From Candidatus Aenigmatarchaeota archaeon (lineage in GTDB: Archaea; Aenigmatarchaeota; Aenigmatarchaeia; GW2011-AR5), in contig JAWCLW010000001.1 in NCBI GenBank assembly GCA_039091535.1, positions 81,073 to 145,072 of the forward strand: DNA of 64,000 bases, in the 5' to 3' direction. The notes under the pieces are model-generated. The model searched no databases. It was not told the DNA's origin and saw only the letters and a list, made by a program, of their open reading frames with translations. Both the position numbers and the translations under genes were made by a program. This document shows, piece after piece, positions 20,166 through 30,009 of this stretch (positions are counted from its first letter, which is position 1; each line of letters begins with the position of its first letter).

Positions 20166-21173
20166 ATGATATGTCTTGGAATTGAAAGTACAGCACATAC
20201 ATTTGGTGTAGGTATTGTAGAAGATAAAAAAATATTGGCAAATGTGAAAGATGTGTATATACCAGAAAAAGGTGGAATACATCCTATTGAAGCAAAAAAA
20301 CATCATGAAAAGATAAAAGAAATTGTATTGAAAGTAGCTTTAGATGATGCAAAGATTTCTCTTGATAACATCGATGTTCTTTCTTATTCTGCTGGGCCTG
20401 GCTTACCACCATGTCTAAGTGTTGGAACAGAATTTGTAAAATTGATTAATAAAAAAATAAAAAAACCTGTTATCGATGTTAATCATTGTGTTGCACATAT
20501 TGAAATAGGTAAATTATTGACAAATTGTTCCGATCCTATAACACTATATGTCTCTGGTGGAAATACTCAAATTATTGGCTATGCTGCAAAACGATATAAT
20601 GTATTTGGAGAAACACAAGATATTGGAATTGGAAATGCAATTGACAAATTCATACGAGAGACGATAAATAAATTTCCAGGTGGACCAATTATGGAGGATC
20701 TTGCAAATAAATCAAACAAAAATTATATCGAATTACCCTATGTTGTCAAAGGAATGGATTTATCATTCTCTGGTATATTAACTGCTGCATTACAGAAATA
20801 CAAAAAACAAAGTGCACAGTCAAAAAATAAACTTGATGAATTTATTTGTGATATTTGTTATTCATTCCAAGAAACATGTTATGCGATGATTACAGAAGTC
20901 ACAGAACGTGCATTAGCACATACAGGAAAAAACGAAGTCTTGCTCACTGGTGGAGTTGCTGCTTCAAAAAGACTTCAAGAGATGTTGAAAATTATGTGTG
21001 ATGAAAGGGGTGCAAAATTTTTTGTGTGTCCAAAAGAATTTGCAGGTGATAATGGAGCTATGATTGCATATAATGGATTACTTGCTTATAAATATGGTCA
21101 AAAACCTGTAAAAAATATAGACTTCCATCAAAAATGGCGAACAGATGATGTTGAAATATTATGGATAAAATAA
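20166..21173 (+). CDS. kae1: tRNA N6-adenosine threonylcarbamoyltransferase Kae1
   Basis: MICLGIESTAHTFGVGIV, VNHCVAHIE and LTGGVAAS...GDNGAMIA are present. It is not fused to Bud32. Confidence 0.95.
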   Translation: MICLGIESTAHTFGVGIVEDKKILANVKDVYIPEKGGIHPIEAKKHHEKIKEIVLKVALDDAKISLDNIDVLSYSAGPGLPPCLSVGTEFVKLINKKIKKPVIDVNHCVAHIEIGKLLTNCSDPITLYVSGGNTQIIGYAAKRYNVFGETQDIGIGNAIDKFIRETINKFPGGPIMEDLANKSNKNYIELPYVVKGMDLSFSGILTAALQKYKKQSAQSKNKLDEFICDICYSFQETCYAMITEVTERALAHTGKNEVLLTGGVAASKRLQEMLKIMCDERGAKFFVCPKEFAGDNGAMIAYNGLLAYKYGQKPVKNIDFHQKWRTDDVEILWIK

Positions 21174-21188
21174 TTATCAAGAATAATT

Positions 21189-21773
21189 ATGAAAACAAAA
21201 ATAATAAAAATAAATAATAATAATGCGATCAAATACGCAGTCAATATTCTAAAAAATGGTGGTTTATTTATCTATCCAACAGAGACATGTTATGGAATAG
21301 GTGCTGACGCAACAAACGATGATGCAGTAAAAAAGGTTTTTGAAATAAAACAAAGACCACCAAATAAATATATTACAGTAGCATTTTCTGATGTTGATAT
21401 GATCAAAAAATATATAAAAATAAGTAAGAATTCTGAAAAATTAATAAAAAAATTTATGCCAGGTCCATTAACACTCGTGGACAATGGTGTTGGGTTTAGA
21501 ATACCGAAACATAAAATTATTCTAGAGATAATAAAAAAATTTGGAAAGCCTATCACAACAACATCTGCAAATATATCTGGACAAAGGCCTTTATATAAAA
21601 TTTCAGATATAATAAAAACTTTTTCAGAGAGGGTTGAACTAATATTAGATGCAGGTGATCTAAAAGAAATTCCACCATCAACTGTTTTTGATGTTAAAAA
21701 AAGAAAAATAATTAGAAATGGTCCAATAAAAAAAAGAGAGATTATAAAAGTCTTAAATACTTTTACTTTATAG
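21189..21773 (+). CDS. tsaC: L-threonylcarbamoyladenylate synthase, short YrdC/Sua5 type
   Basis: YPTETCYGIGADATNDDAVKKVFEIKQRP and TTSANISG are present. It is adjacent to kae1, the next step of the t6A pathway. Confidence 0.9.
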   Translation: MKTKIIKINNNNAIKYAVNILKNGGLFIYPTETCYGIGADATNDDAVKKVFEIKQRPPNKYITVAFSDVDMIKKYIKISKNSEKLIKKFMPGPLTLVDNGVGFRIPKHKIILEIIKKFGKPITTTSANISGQRPLYKISDIIKTFSERVELILDAGDLKEIPPSTVFDVKKRKIIRNGPIKKREIIKVLNTFTL

Positions 21774-21849
21774 TAATAATTTATTTCGTATTCCTTAAAA
21801 ATGGATAATTTCATTATATTAAGTATTCAAAAAATCCATTGGTGTAAAT

Positions 21850-22188
21850 ATGAAAACATACAAATTTGATTTAAAAAGAAAGGGAAGAGTTCTTGGTTTT
21901 AGTACAGGTGATACAAACATATCAATAGCTACAAGTGAACCAAATCATATAGACCCATTTCCGCATTTTCATAGTTTTAGCGATGAATTTTATATAACGC
22001 TTAGCGGTGTTGGTATTATTAGGATTAATGATGAGAGGTATTTACTCAGACCTGATAAAATAATCAAAATAGAAAAGAATGAGATACATCAAATAATTGG
22101 CGTATATAAACATGAAAAATATTGTGACTTCATCCATATCTCAATAAAAGTTCCAGACGAAAAAGATGATAAAGTGATTGTTAAATAA
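21850..22188 (+). CDS. cupin-domain protein
   Basis: PHFHSFSDEFYITLSGVG...IEKNEIHQI matches the two-motif cupin pattern. Confidence 0.65.
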   Translation: MKTYKFDLKRKGRVLGFSTGDTNISIATSEPNHIDPFPHFHSFSDEFYITLSGVGIIRINDERYLLRPDKIIKIEKNEIHQIIGVYKHEKYCDFIHISIKVPDEKDDKVIVK

Positions 22189-22555
22189 AAATTTTTCTTG
22201 TGCTATAATCCCCAAATTTTTTTATCCTCTTGATTTTTATATTTATTTTCTTTAATTTGTTTCTAATATCTTTTGATAATTTCTGGTCATAACCTAATGC
22301 TATGATATCTGGTTTATATTTTTTGACCGTTTTCATAAAATCTTTTGGATGGCCTATAACAATTTTATTAGCTATTTTTAATTTTTCAAGATATTTTTTC
22401 CTACTTTTTGCAGGAATTGCATAAGGCTTTTTATTGTTTTTATCATGTGCCAAAACAACTATAAGATAATCGCCTAATGATTTTGCCTTTTTCAAGAAAT
22501 AAATATGACCCTTATGTATGTGATTAAAACATCCTCCACAAAGGACTTTTTTCAT
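22181..22555 (-). CDS. cytidylyltransferase-fold nucleotidyltransferase, RibL-like (FMN adenylyltransferase)
   Basis: GGCFNHIHKGHIYFLKKAKSLGDYLIVVLAHD (HxGH motif) and KPDIIALGYDQ resemble archaeal RibL. The functional assignment is tentative. Confidence 0.55.
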   Translation of the reverse strand: MKKVLCGGCFNHIHKGHIYFLKKAKSLGDYLIVVLAHDKNNKKPYAIPAKSRKKYLEKLKIANKIVIGHPKDFMKTVKKYKPDIIALGYDQKLSKDIRNKLKKINIKIKRIKKFGDYSTRKIFI

Positions 22556-22657
22556 ATTAAAACTTCTCCAATGGATTATAATTCTCTAATATTTGTTTTT
22601 TTATCTCCAGCAACCAATAGTTACCTAGTCAAATGACCAAACCCAAGTTAATAAATA

Positions 22658-23956
22658 TCATATGAATCTTTTGTGACTCCATTTTTTTAATGCTTCTTTT
22701 AATTCTTTATGGTTTTTTGCATATTCCTCTAAAGAAATCTTATGAAAATAAGCTTCTATCGCCTGCATAACTGCTTTTGCACCTGCCTCTGCGCCCATAG
22801 GATGCCCAAGTGTGCCACCACCAACTTGAATAACGATGTTCGTTGTTCCATATATATCAAAAACATCTGGCAATATACCTGGGTGCAAACCACCAGAAGC
22901 AACAGGGAGCATAGACCTTATTTTTCCCCATCTTTGTTCTAATCTTAATTTTGGTATCTCTTTTACATACTTGGACATTATCATTTCTTTTATCGCAATT
23001 ATATCCTCTTTTTTTCCTTCTAATTTTCCAATAACTGTTCCTATATGCAATTGATCTATTCCAATAATGCGCATAAGTTTTGCAAGCATGAGCATTGTCA
23101 TTCCATGTTTTGGATTTCTCGTAAACATCGAATGCATTGCACGATGTCCATGTATCGCCATTTTCAAATCATGAGCCATATCGCTTGCAGTTCCAATTGC
23201 TGTATAGCCAGAGATGACAATATCGATCATAAAATATTTGAATCCATGGTTATGTATAATTTTTATTCTTCTCTCCATTTCTTTTAGATTTGGGCTTGTT
23301 ACATTAATAAAAGCATCTTTTATACAACCAGTTTCTTTTTCTGCTTTGTCACGATATTTTGCTATCTCCCTTACACGGTCTTCAAACTTATTAAATTTTT
23401 GGTTTGTTAAATTTTCATCATCCTTGATGCAATCTATTCCACCCCTCCAGATAGCATATGCTATCTTTGCATGTTCTTTTGACGAGAATCCTAATTTTGG
23501 TTTTACAACAACAGATGTGATAGGGCCATACTTTCTTTTGAAAATTTTTCTTATAACATCTTTTCCATAGAGCGGACCTTTAAAATTTCTCAAATATTTT
23601 TCTGGAAATTGCGTATCAATCAATCTCAAATTTTTAATAGCCTTCATTCCAAAAATATTACCACCTGGCCCAGCAAGAAAACCTGGTATATTTCTATGCT
23701 CAAAGAGTTCAAGAGGGTATGCAACTTTCATGTAGTTTCCTTTAACAGAAAAACAATATGCCTTTAATTTTTCAATACTTTCTGGCATTTTTGAAAGTTT
23801 TGTCCACGTTCCACAACTTGATTCAGATGCAATACGACCAACAGCCTCTTTTATGGTCACACCTCTTGCTGGCTCAAAATAGAATAGACATATGATTTCA
23901 TCTTTTTTTGGCTTATAACTAAAATCAACAAATTCATTATGCCAATCTTCTGTCAT
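22658..23956 (-). CDS. rbcL: ribulose-1,5-bisphosphate carboxylase large subunit, archaeal form III type
   Basis: GGIDCIKDDENL (carbamylated Lys), HGHRAMH, ASGGLHPG and QVGGGTLGHP are present. There is no small subunit gene nearby. Confidence 0.95.
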   Translation of the reverse strand: MTEDWHNEFVDFSYKPKKDEIICLFYFEPARGVTIKEAVGRIASESSCGTWTKLSKMPESIEKLKAYCFSVKGNYMKVAYPLELFEHRNIPGFLAGPGGNIFGMKAIKNLRLIDTQFPEKYLRNFKGPLYGKDVIRKIFKRKYGPITSVVVKPKLGFSSKEHAKIAYAIWRGGIDCIKDDENLTNQKFNKFEDRVREIAKYRDKAEKETGCIKDAFINVTSPNLKEMERRIKIIHNHGFKYFMIDIVISGYTAIGTASDMAHDLKMAIHGHRAMHSMFTRNPKHGMTMLMLAKLMRIIGIDQLHIGTVIGKLEGKKEDIIAIKEMIMSKYVKEIPKLRLEQRWGKIRSMLPVASGGLHPGILPDVFDIYGTTNIVIQVGGGTLGHPMGAEAGAKAVMQAIEAYFHKISLEEYAKNHKELKEALKKWSHKRFI

Positions 23957-24012
23957 AAATAAATAATTAGAAGCTCTAATAATAAAAAGTTGATGGTTTG
24001 ATTTTAGTCTAA

Positions 24013-24405
24013 CTAAAAAATAGTTTTCAAAAGAAAAATATTTCTTAGAAAAATTATTTTATTTATTCCTGATTTTTCAGTTTTTCCGATCTTTTCTTTA
24101 AATCCATAAATACCATAAAAATAATCTTTTCTTTCTATGCATTTTACCGCATATGCAAATGCTATAATAGTGGTATTTCTTGGGTTTTCTTTTTCCATAA
24201 TTTTTGATTTAGCTAATGAATCATATAAACGTGAAAGAGAACTTCCCGCATACTTTTTTGCTTCTTCAACTAGTATTTTCCATTTCTTGTGTTTTTCTAG
24301 TTTTTTAATTCTTTCATATTCTTTCTCAAGATTGGATAGATCTGCCTCAAGTTCATCGATATCAATTTTTGGTTTATTCTCGATTTTTGATTCATTCTCT
24401 GTCAT
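24013..24405 (-). CDS. hypothetical coiled-coil protein
   Basis: The ORF is trimmed to the ATG at 24405 (MTENESKIENK...). It has a Glu/Lys-rich helical N-terminus. No domain recognised. Confidence 0.4.
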   Translation of the reverse strand: MTENESKIENKPKIDIDELEADLSNLEKEYERIKKLEKHKKWKILVEEAKKYAGSSLSRLYDSLAKSKIMEKENPRNTTIIAFAYAVKCIERKDYFYGIYGFKEKIGKTEKSGINKIIFLRNIFLLKTIF

Positions 24406-24564
24406 ATTTAACCTATTTAAATTTCTTATTTTTTTATTTTTTTTATTTTTGAATAAATAGATTAAAAAAGTGATTTCTAATCTGGCTCTTGACTTTCTTA
24501 TCTGGTTTAACATCAATAGAAACATAGCAATACTTCATTATATGTAAAGCAACTAAATTCATTT

Positions 24565-26223
24565 TCATTCATGACCAAATATTACCAAAACATTTCCATT
24601 AATTATTTTTTCAATTTTCACAAAACCAAAACGCTCAAATTGTACTACATTTCCAACTTTTGCTTTTAAGAGATTTGTTTCAGCGATGCCTTTTATTTCT
24701 TTATCTGGCATTATAACCTTCACATGTATATGCTTTTCAGGTACCCATTGTATCTTTGGTAAAGGTCTTAATTCTGTATCAGTAAATTCAGACTTTTCGC
24801 CAAGTTTTATATTACACAAATCTTTTAATCGTATTTCTAACCCTTTGTACGTGTCAAAATCATTTTTATCTATATAAAATGTTTTGCTAAGTGAAAATGT
24901 TCTATAACCACGTTTTTCTTCTGGGTGTAATGGTATTTTTGCCTTTTTTAATTTCATATTTTTTACTTCTATCTTTTTTGGATTTGGTATAAAGAAATAG
25001 CGATTTGCTATTTTGTCGATGATCTTTCTATTGTATGCAGATAAATTTTCATATGATATAGTTATATCAGATGATTTTGGTCCGATATCAACAATAATCT
25101 GTCTTAATGCTTCTGGTTGAAACCCACGTCTGCGTAAGGCTCTTATCGTTCCAAGTTTAGGATCATCCCAACCTGTATATATCTTTTTTCTTATACCTTC
25201 TCTTATCTGGCTTTTGCTAAGAACCATATTAGATAAAGAGAATCTACCAAGCGTAATTACAATAGGATAATCCCATTTGAAATGTTCATATAAATATCTT
25301 TGCTTAAATTCATTTGTTGTATGTTCTTGTGCACGAAATATATGGGTAATTTTACATAAATGATCATCAATAGCAGAAGCAAAATTGTATAATGGCCAAA
25401 GGTGAGCTTTTTTATTTATTGGATGCTGTGGATTATCAACAATTCTGAATGCTGCCCAATCACGTAATGCAGGGTTTTTCGCATCTAATTCTGTTTTTAT
25501 GCGCAAAACCGCTTCTCCTTCTTTATATTTATACAATAACATTTTTTTCCATCTATTCAAATGTGTTTTTATGTTCATTTCTCTACATGGACATGCTTGG
25601 CTTTTATCTCGCAATTTTTTCCATTCATCAATATTACATGTACAAACGTATGCACCACCAATACGAATAATTTTATCAGCAAATTTGTAATATATCTTAA
25701 GTCGCTTAGAAGCAATTATTTCTTGGTGCACCTTAATCCCAAACCATTTCAAATCCTCTTTTATCCATTTGTAGAATTTTTTTTCAGGGACCTTTATCTT
25801 AGGGTCTGTATCATCAAAACGAAGAATAAATCTTCCATGATATTTCTTAGCATATTCGTCACATAATATTGCCGGTCTTGCATTTCCGAGATGTATAGCT
25901 CCATCAGGATTTGGCGCAAATCTAACAACAAATTTTTCTCTTGTCAGCTCCAATTCTGGTAATACTTTTTTTTCAATTCTTTTTATGGGCGTATACCCAC
26001 CAAGCAATTCTAATTCTCTCTTTTGTTGTAAAGTAGATAATCTGTTAATTTGATCCACTATAAGTTCTACATTTGAACGTAATTCCAAAACATTTTCTCT
26101 TAGTTCAGGATGTTCGCCCAATATTTTGCCTAAAACACTTTTTGCTTGCGCCACTCCTTCATGCTCTACAGCATTAATCAATGCATATTTTTTTATAATC
26201 TCCTCAATAGAATTTGTTGGCAT
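24565..26223 (-). CDS. gltX: glutamyl-tRNA synthetase (archaeal type)
   Basis: FAPNPDGAIHLGNARPAIL (HIGH), LRFDDTDP and VLSKS (KMSKS) are present. Archaea lack GlnRS, so I call GluRS. Confidence 0.9.
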   Translation of the reverse strand: MPTNSIEEIIKKYALINAVEHEGVAQAKSVLGKILGEHPELRENVLELRSNVELIVDQINRLSTLQQKRELELLGGYTPIKRIEKKVLPELELTREKFVVRFAPNPDGAIHLGNARPAILCDEYAKKYHGRFILRFDDTDPKIKVPEKKFYKWIKEDLKWFGIKVHQEIIASKRLKIYYKFADKIIRIGGAYVCTCNIDEWKKLRDKSQACPCREMNIKTHLNRWKKMLLYKYKEGEAVLRIKTELDAKNPALRDWAAFRIVDNPQHPINKKAHLWPLYNFASAIDDHLCKITHIFRAQEHTTNEFKQRYLYEHFKWDYPIVITLGRFSLSNMVLSKSQIREGIRKKIYTGWDDPKLGTIRALRRRGFQPEALRQIIVDIGPKSSDITISYENLSAYNRKIIDKIANRYFFIPNPKKIEVKNMKLKKAKIPLHPEEKRGYRTFSLSKTFYIDKNDFDTYKGLEIRLKDLCNIKLGEKSEFTDTELRPLPKIQWVPEKHIHVKVIMPDKEIKGIAETNLLKAKVGNVVQFERFGFVKIEKIINGNVLVIFGHE

Positions 26224-26398
26224 TTATAATATATATCTTTTATAATTCTTAAATTTTTTTAAATAATCATTATAAATACATTGAAGTTCTATTGATTTCT
26301 ATTGATGAAATTTCTGAGCAATTTATCTGCAAAATTAAATTTCTTGAATGTTCTTATGCGCTCACAGAAAAAAATATGGTAAAAAAGAAAAAAATAAA

Positions 26399-26953
26399 TC
26401 AGAAACAAGTTACTGTTTGATTATTGCATCCATTCGGGCAATCTTGCACTAACTCTTGTGTTATTATGACATTACATCCTATCATTCCATCAAAACAGTA
26501 GAAATCTCTGTAATCTCGGTATATATCACCATTATAACAATAGTTTTCTGAATAACCATCCATATCATTGCAGTTATATTGATATATTGGATATATTGAA
26601 TAACTGCATGCACCGTTTGTACAATAATAATCCTTATAATCTCTGAATATAGAATTATTTAAACAATATCCTCCACTGATATATCCATCTGTTCCACAGC
26701 TCTGTTGCTGGCTTTGTGCATAATTATCAACACAATAGTATTCCATGATAGTTCCTAAGTCTACACAATAGTCACTATAACTATACCTAATCCTGTTATA
26801 ATATCCTGATACTGTTCCAAAAACATTTATCACATTTCCGCCATCTGTATCACTGCATGAATATTTTGGTTTTGGCTCTGCAAATATTGTTGTTGTAATA
26901 AGAAAAATGGCAACAACTGAAATAATAGCCACCGACAATAAACTACCTTTCAT
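26399..26953 (-). CDS. secreted Cys/Tyr-rich repeat protein
   Basis: N-terminal signal/anchor (SLLSVAIISVVAIFLITTTIFA). The mature part has about 20 Cys and a repeated unit: CLNNSIFRDYKDYYCTNGAC and CYNGDIYRDYRDFYCFDGMIGC. Confidence 0.6.
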   Translation of the reverse strand: MKGSLLSVAIISVVAIFLITTTIFAEPKPKYSCSDTDGGNVINVFGTVSGYYNRIRYSYSDYCVDLGTIMEYYCVDNYAQSQQQSCGTDGYISGGYCLNNSIFRDYKDYYCTNGACSYSIYPIYQYNCNDMDGYSENYCYNGDIYRDYRDFYCFDGMIGCNVIITQELVQDCPNGCNNQTVTCF

Positions 26954-27015
26954 TTTTATTACTATTTTAAATTTTGTATGTTAATCTATAAAAAACTTTT
27001 GGAGAACATATAACA

Positions 27016-27588
27016 ATGAAATACTTTTACAAAGATATAACATTAGAAGTTCCAGAAAATGTTTATTATCCATTAGAAGATTCAGAATTGCTGTCAGATA
27101 TTATAGAAAAAATTAATGTAAAAAATAAGAAAGTTCTAGATATGGGTTGTGGCTCTGGGTTTCTTGCAATATTATTAGCCAAAAAAGGTGCTATTGTTTC
27201 TGCAGTAGATATTAATCAAGATGCAGTGAATGTAACAAAGAAAAATGCAAAAATGAATGATGTTAAAATAGATGTTATGCAATCAGACTTATTTGAAAAA
27301 ATAAAAGAAAATTTTGATTTAATTATTTTTAACCCACCATATCTACCAATAGAAGAAGATGATATAACATATAGTGGTGGAAAAAGTGGAAGAAAAACTA
27401 TTAAAAAATTTATAATAAATGCAAAAAAATTTTTGAATAAAAATGGAAAAATTATATTATTAATTTCTTCTTTGACAAATGAAAACGAAGTTATAAAATT
27501 ATTTGAAAAAAATAAAATGAAGGTAAAAATCTTAAAAAGAAAAAAGATACCTTGGGAAGAACTGATTGTAATCGAGGCATGTTTATAG
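27016..27588 (+). CDS. N5-glutamine methyltransferase (HemK/PrmC/Mtq2-like)
   Basis: SAM motif VLDMGCGSGFLA and catalytic NPPY (IIFNPPYLP). Confidence 0.8.
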   Translation: MKYFYKDITLEVPENVYYPLEDSELLSDIIEKINVKNKKVLDMGCGSGFLAILLAKKGAIVSAVDINQDAVNVTKKNAKMNDVKIDVMQSDLFEKIKENFDLIIFNPPYLPIEEDDITYSGGKSGRKTIKKFIINAKKFLNKNGKIILLISSLTNENEVIKLFEKNKMKVKILKRKKIPWEELIVIEACL

Positions 27589-27623
27589 ATATATTTTATA
27601 ATCTTTATTCAATAATTTTTATC

Positions 27624-28421
27624 ATGCCAATAAATGCACCACCAGAATATTTCAAGGCAGAAGAAAGATTTTTGTCAGCAAAAACAAAAGAAGAGAAAAT
27701 TATTGCATTAGAAGAGATGATTAGGCTTTTACCAAAACATAAAGGTACAGAAAATATGCTTGCACAGCTGAAATCAAAACTTGCAAAATTAAAGAAAGAA
27801 AAATCAAGTAAATTGGGAAAAAAAATTGGTATAGAAAAAAAAGGTGAGGCACAAGTATGCCTCATTGGACTTACGAACTCTGGCAAATCATGGCTTCTTT
27901 CAAAACTTACAAATGCAAAACCAAAAATAAGTGAGTATCCATTTACAACAACAAGACCAGAGGTCGGTATGATGGATTATAATGGAATAAAAATTCAATT
28001 AGTAGAAATTCCATCAACATTTGAATCTGAATATATAAGTATTGTAAGAAGCACAGATGCAATTGCAATAGTTATTAAGAACGAAGATGAAATTAAAGAA
28101 ATGGAACAATTATTAAAGGATAATTTTATTACGTCAAAATATATTATTATAAATTCATGGAAAGAAGGCATTAAAGAAATAAAAGAAAAAATTTGGTCAA
28201 TATTAGATCTGATAATAGTTTATACAAAAAAATCTAGAAACCAACTATCTCCAATGGCCTTGCCAAAAAATTCCACAGTAAGAGACTTTGCACAACGCAT
28301 ACACAAAGATTTTGTAAAAAAATTCCGCTTTGCAAGACTTTGGAGAAATAATATTATGATGCAGGTTGGTCTCGATTATAAACTAGAAAATAATGATATT
28401 GTAGAAATACATTTGAAATGA
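27624..28421 (+). CDS. DRG/Rbg-like GTPase with C-terminal TGS domain
   Basis: N-terminal helical leader ...HKGTENMLAQLKSKLAKLKKE, G1 GLTNSGKS, YPFTTTRPEVG, and a TGS-like C-terminus (VRDFAQRIHKDF...VGLDYKLENNDIVEI). The start is trimmed to the ATG at 27624. Confidence 0.8.
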   Translation: MPINAPPEYFKAEERFLSAKTKEEKIIALEEMIRLLPKHKGTENMLAQLKSKLAKLKKEKSSKLGKKIGIEKKGEAQVCLIGLTNSGKSWLLSKLTNAKPKISEYPFTTTRPEVGMMDYNGIKIQLVEIPSTFESEYISIVRSTDAIAIVIKNEDEIKEMEQLLKDNFITSKYIIINSWKEGIKEIKEKIWSILDLIIVYTKKSRNQLSPMALPKNSTVRDFAQRIHKDFVKKFRFARLWRNNIMMQVGLDYKLENNDIVEIHLK

Positions 28422-28522
28422 AATGTTTTGATAATAACAGCATAAAGACAACAAAAATTTATTTATCTGTTATCCTATTAAATAATAAAGAATCTATTAA
28501 ACAATCTATAGGTGTAATTTTT

Positions 28523-29356
28523 ATGCTTGTTGATTTGCATGTGCATACTAATTATTCAAAGGGTACTAAAATATTTCACGAAGGTATGAATACACCTGAA
28601 CAAATTGTTAGACATGCAAAAAAAATTGGACTTAGTGCAGTTGCAATAACAGATCATGATAACATAGAAGGCGCCTTGAGTGCAAAAAGATTCGAAAAGA
28701 AATATGGTATTATTATTATTTCAGGTGAAGAAGTTAGCACAAAAAATGGTCATATACTTGCACTTGGTATAAATGAATTTATAGCACCAGGACTAAGTGT
28801 GGACGAAACACTTGATTTGATACATCAACAAGGTGGTATAGCAATTGCTTCACATCCATTTGATGTAGCAAGGAAGGGATTAGGTTACTTATCAAAAAAA
28901 TGTGATGCTGTTGAGGCCTTTAATGCCATGAACATCGAAAGAATCGGTAATATGAAATGCGAAAGATTTGCAAAAAATAATAGGCTTCCTATGGTTGCTG
29001 GTAGTGATGCTCATAAAATTAATATGCTTGGATTTGGCATAACAAAAATAAATGCTGATTCTGTTGATGAAATACTAAAAAAAATAAAAAAAGGTGATAC
29101 AACACTTATATGTAAATATGTTCCAACTAAATTTATTGTAGATTGGACAGTACAAAGATTGAAAATGTCTTATGGATATACAATAGATTATATGAATAAA
29201 AATTATTCATGGCCAAAAAAGACAATTGGAAAAAAGTTAATAGGCCTTGTCGAAAGGAGCCCTGGAAATATAGATTATATGTTTAATATTATAGGTTATC
29301 TTTGCCTTGCAATTGTTATAACTTATAGAGGTGTACGTGAAGTATTAAGTATTTAA
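28523..29356 (+). CDS. PHP-domain metal-dependent phosphoesterase
   Basis: MLVDLHVHTNYS, AITDHD, ASHPF and GSDAH are present. The ATG at 28523 is preceded by GGTG. Confidence 0.85.
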   Translation: MLVDLHVHTNYSKGTKIFHEGMNTPEQIVRHAKKIGLSAVAITDHDNIEGALSAKRFEKKYGIIIISGEEVSTKNGHILALGINEFIAPGLSVDETLDLIHQQGGIAIASHPFDVARKGLGYLSKKCDAVEAFNAMNIERIGNMKCERFAKNNRLPMVAGSDAHKINMLGFGITKINADSVDEILKKIKKGDTTLICKYVPTKFIVDWTVQRLKMSYGYTIDYMNKNYSWPKKTIGKKLIGLVERSPGNIDYMFNIIGYLCLAIVITYRGVREVLSI

Positions 29357-29365
29357 GGTGTATGA

Positions 29366-29923
29366 ATGTTTGAATTTATTTCAGATTTGGGATCAGTTGG
29401 AATTTTTCTGCTTCTTATAATTTTCATATTATTTGTACTTGCTATTAAAAAAGTTATGTCTATAATAAAGAATATTATAATAATTGCAATAGCATCTATT
29501 TTATTTCCAATTGTTATGAATAGATTAGGTTTTTCAATACCAATAGATGGGGATTCTATTTTATCATTCTTATTTATTGGTGTTGGACTTTACTTCATTT
29601 ATCTTATAGGAAAATCTACATACACTTTATTAAAGATTGTTGAAAAATTTGGGAAAGGCATTACATCACCATTAAAGACTATGAAAAGGCGTAAAAAAGA
29701 AAAATTAGAGAAAAAAATAAAAGAACATATAGAAAAAGAAGAAAAAAATGAAAAAGTGACAGAAAAAGAATACAAAAAAGAATCAATCATATCACCAAAA
29801 ATAATAACAAAACCAAAAAAAGAAAAAATATATTATAAAGATTATATAGAAATAAAAGAACCAAAGAAAAAACAAAAATTCATTGAGCCACTACCAGAAA
29901 TAAAACCGAAAAAGAAAGAATAA
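29366..29923 (+). CDS. membrane protein with Lys/Glu-rich C-terminal tail
   Basis: Three or four hydrophobic helices followed by a low-complexity KEK-rich tail. No family recognised. Confidence 0.5.
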   Translation: MFEFISDLGSVGIFLLLIIFILFVLAIKKVMSIIKNIIIIAIASILFPIVMNRLGFSIPIDGDSILSFLFIGVGLYFIYLIGKSTYTLLKIVEKFGKGITSPLKTMKRRKKEKLEKKIKEHIEKEEKNEKVTEKEYKKESIISPKIITKPKKEKIYYKDYIEIKEPKKKQKFIEPLPEIKPKKKE

Positions 29924-30009
29924 TTTTTAAATGTAAATTAGATTTATTAATTTGAAAAAGCAAAAAAAATTAAAAAATCTTTTTAAACAAATACGAAGAA
30001 TATAATATA

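Noticed and set aside
21290-21814. 174-aa minus-strand ORF over sua5/tsaC
   Set aside because: It is antisense to a well-supported YrdC/Sua5 gene and has Phe/Ile/Ser-rich composition.
22742-23570. Plus-strand ORFs (22742..22942, 22836..23054, 23045..23287, 23214..23570) over rbcL
   Set aside because: All are antisense to the RuBisCO gene, and none has recognisable features.
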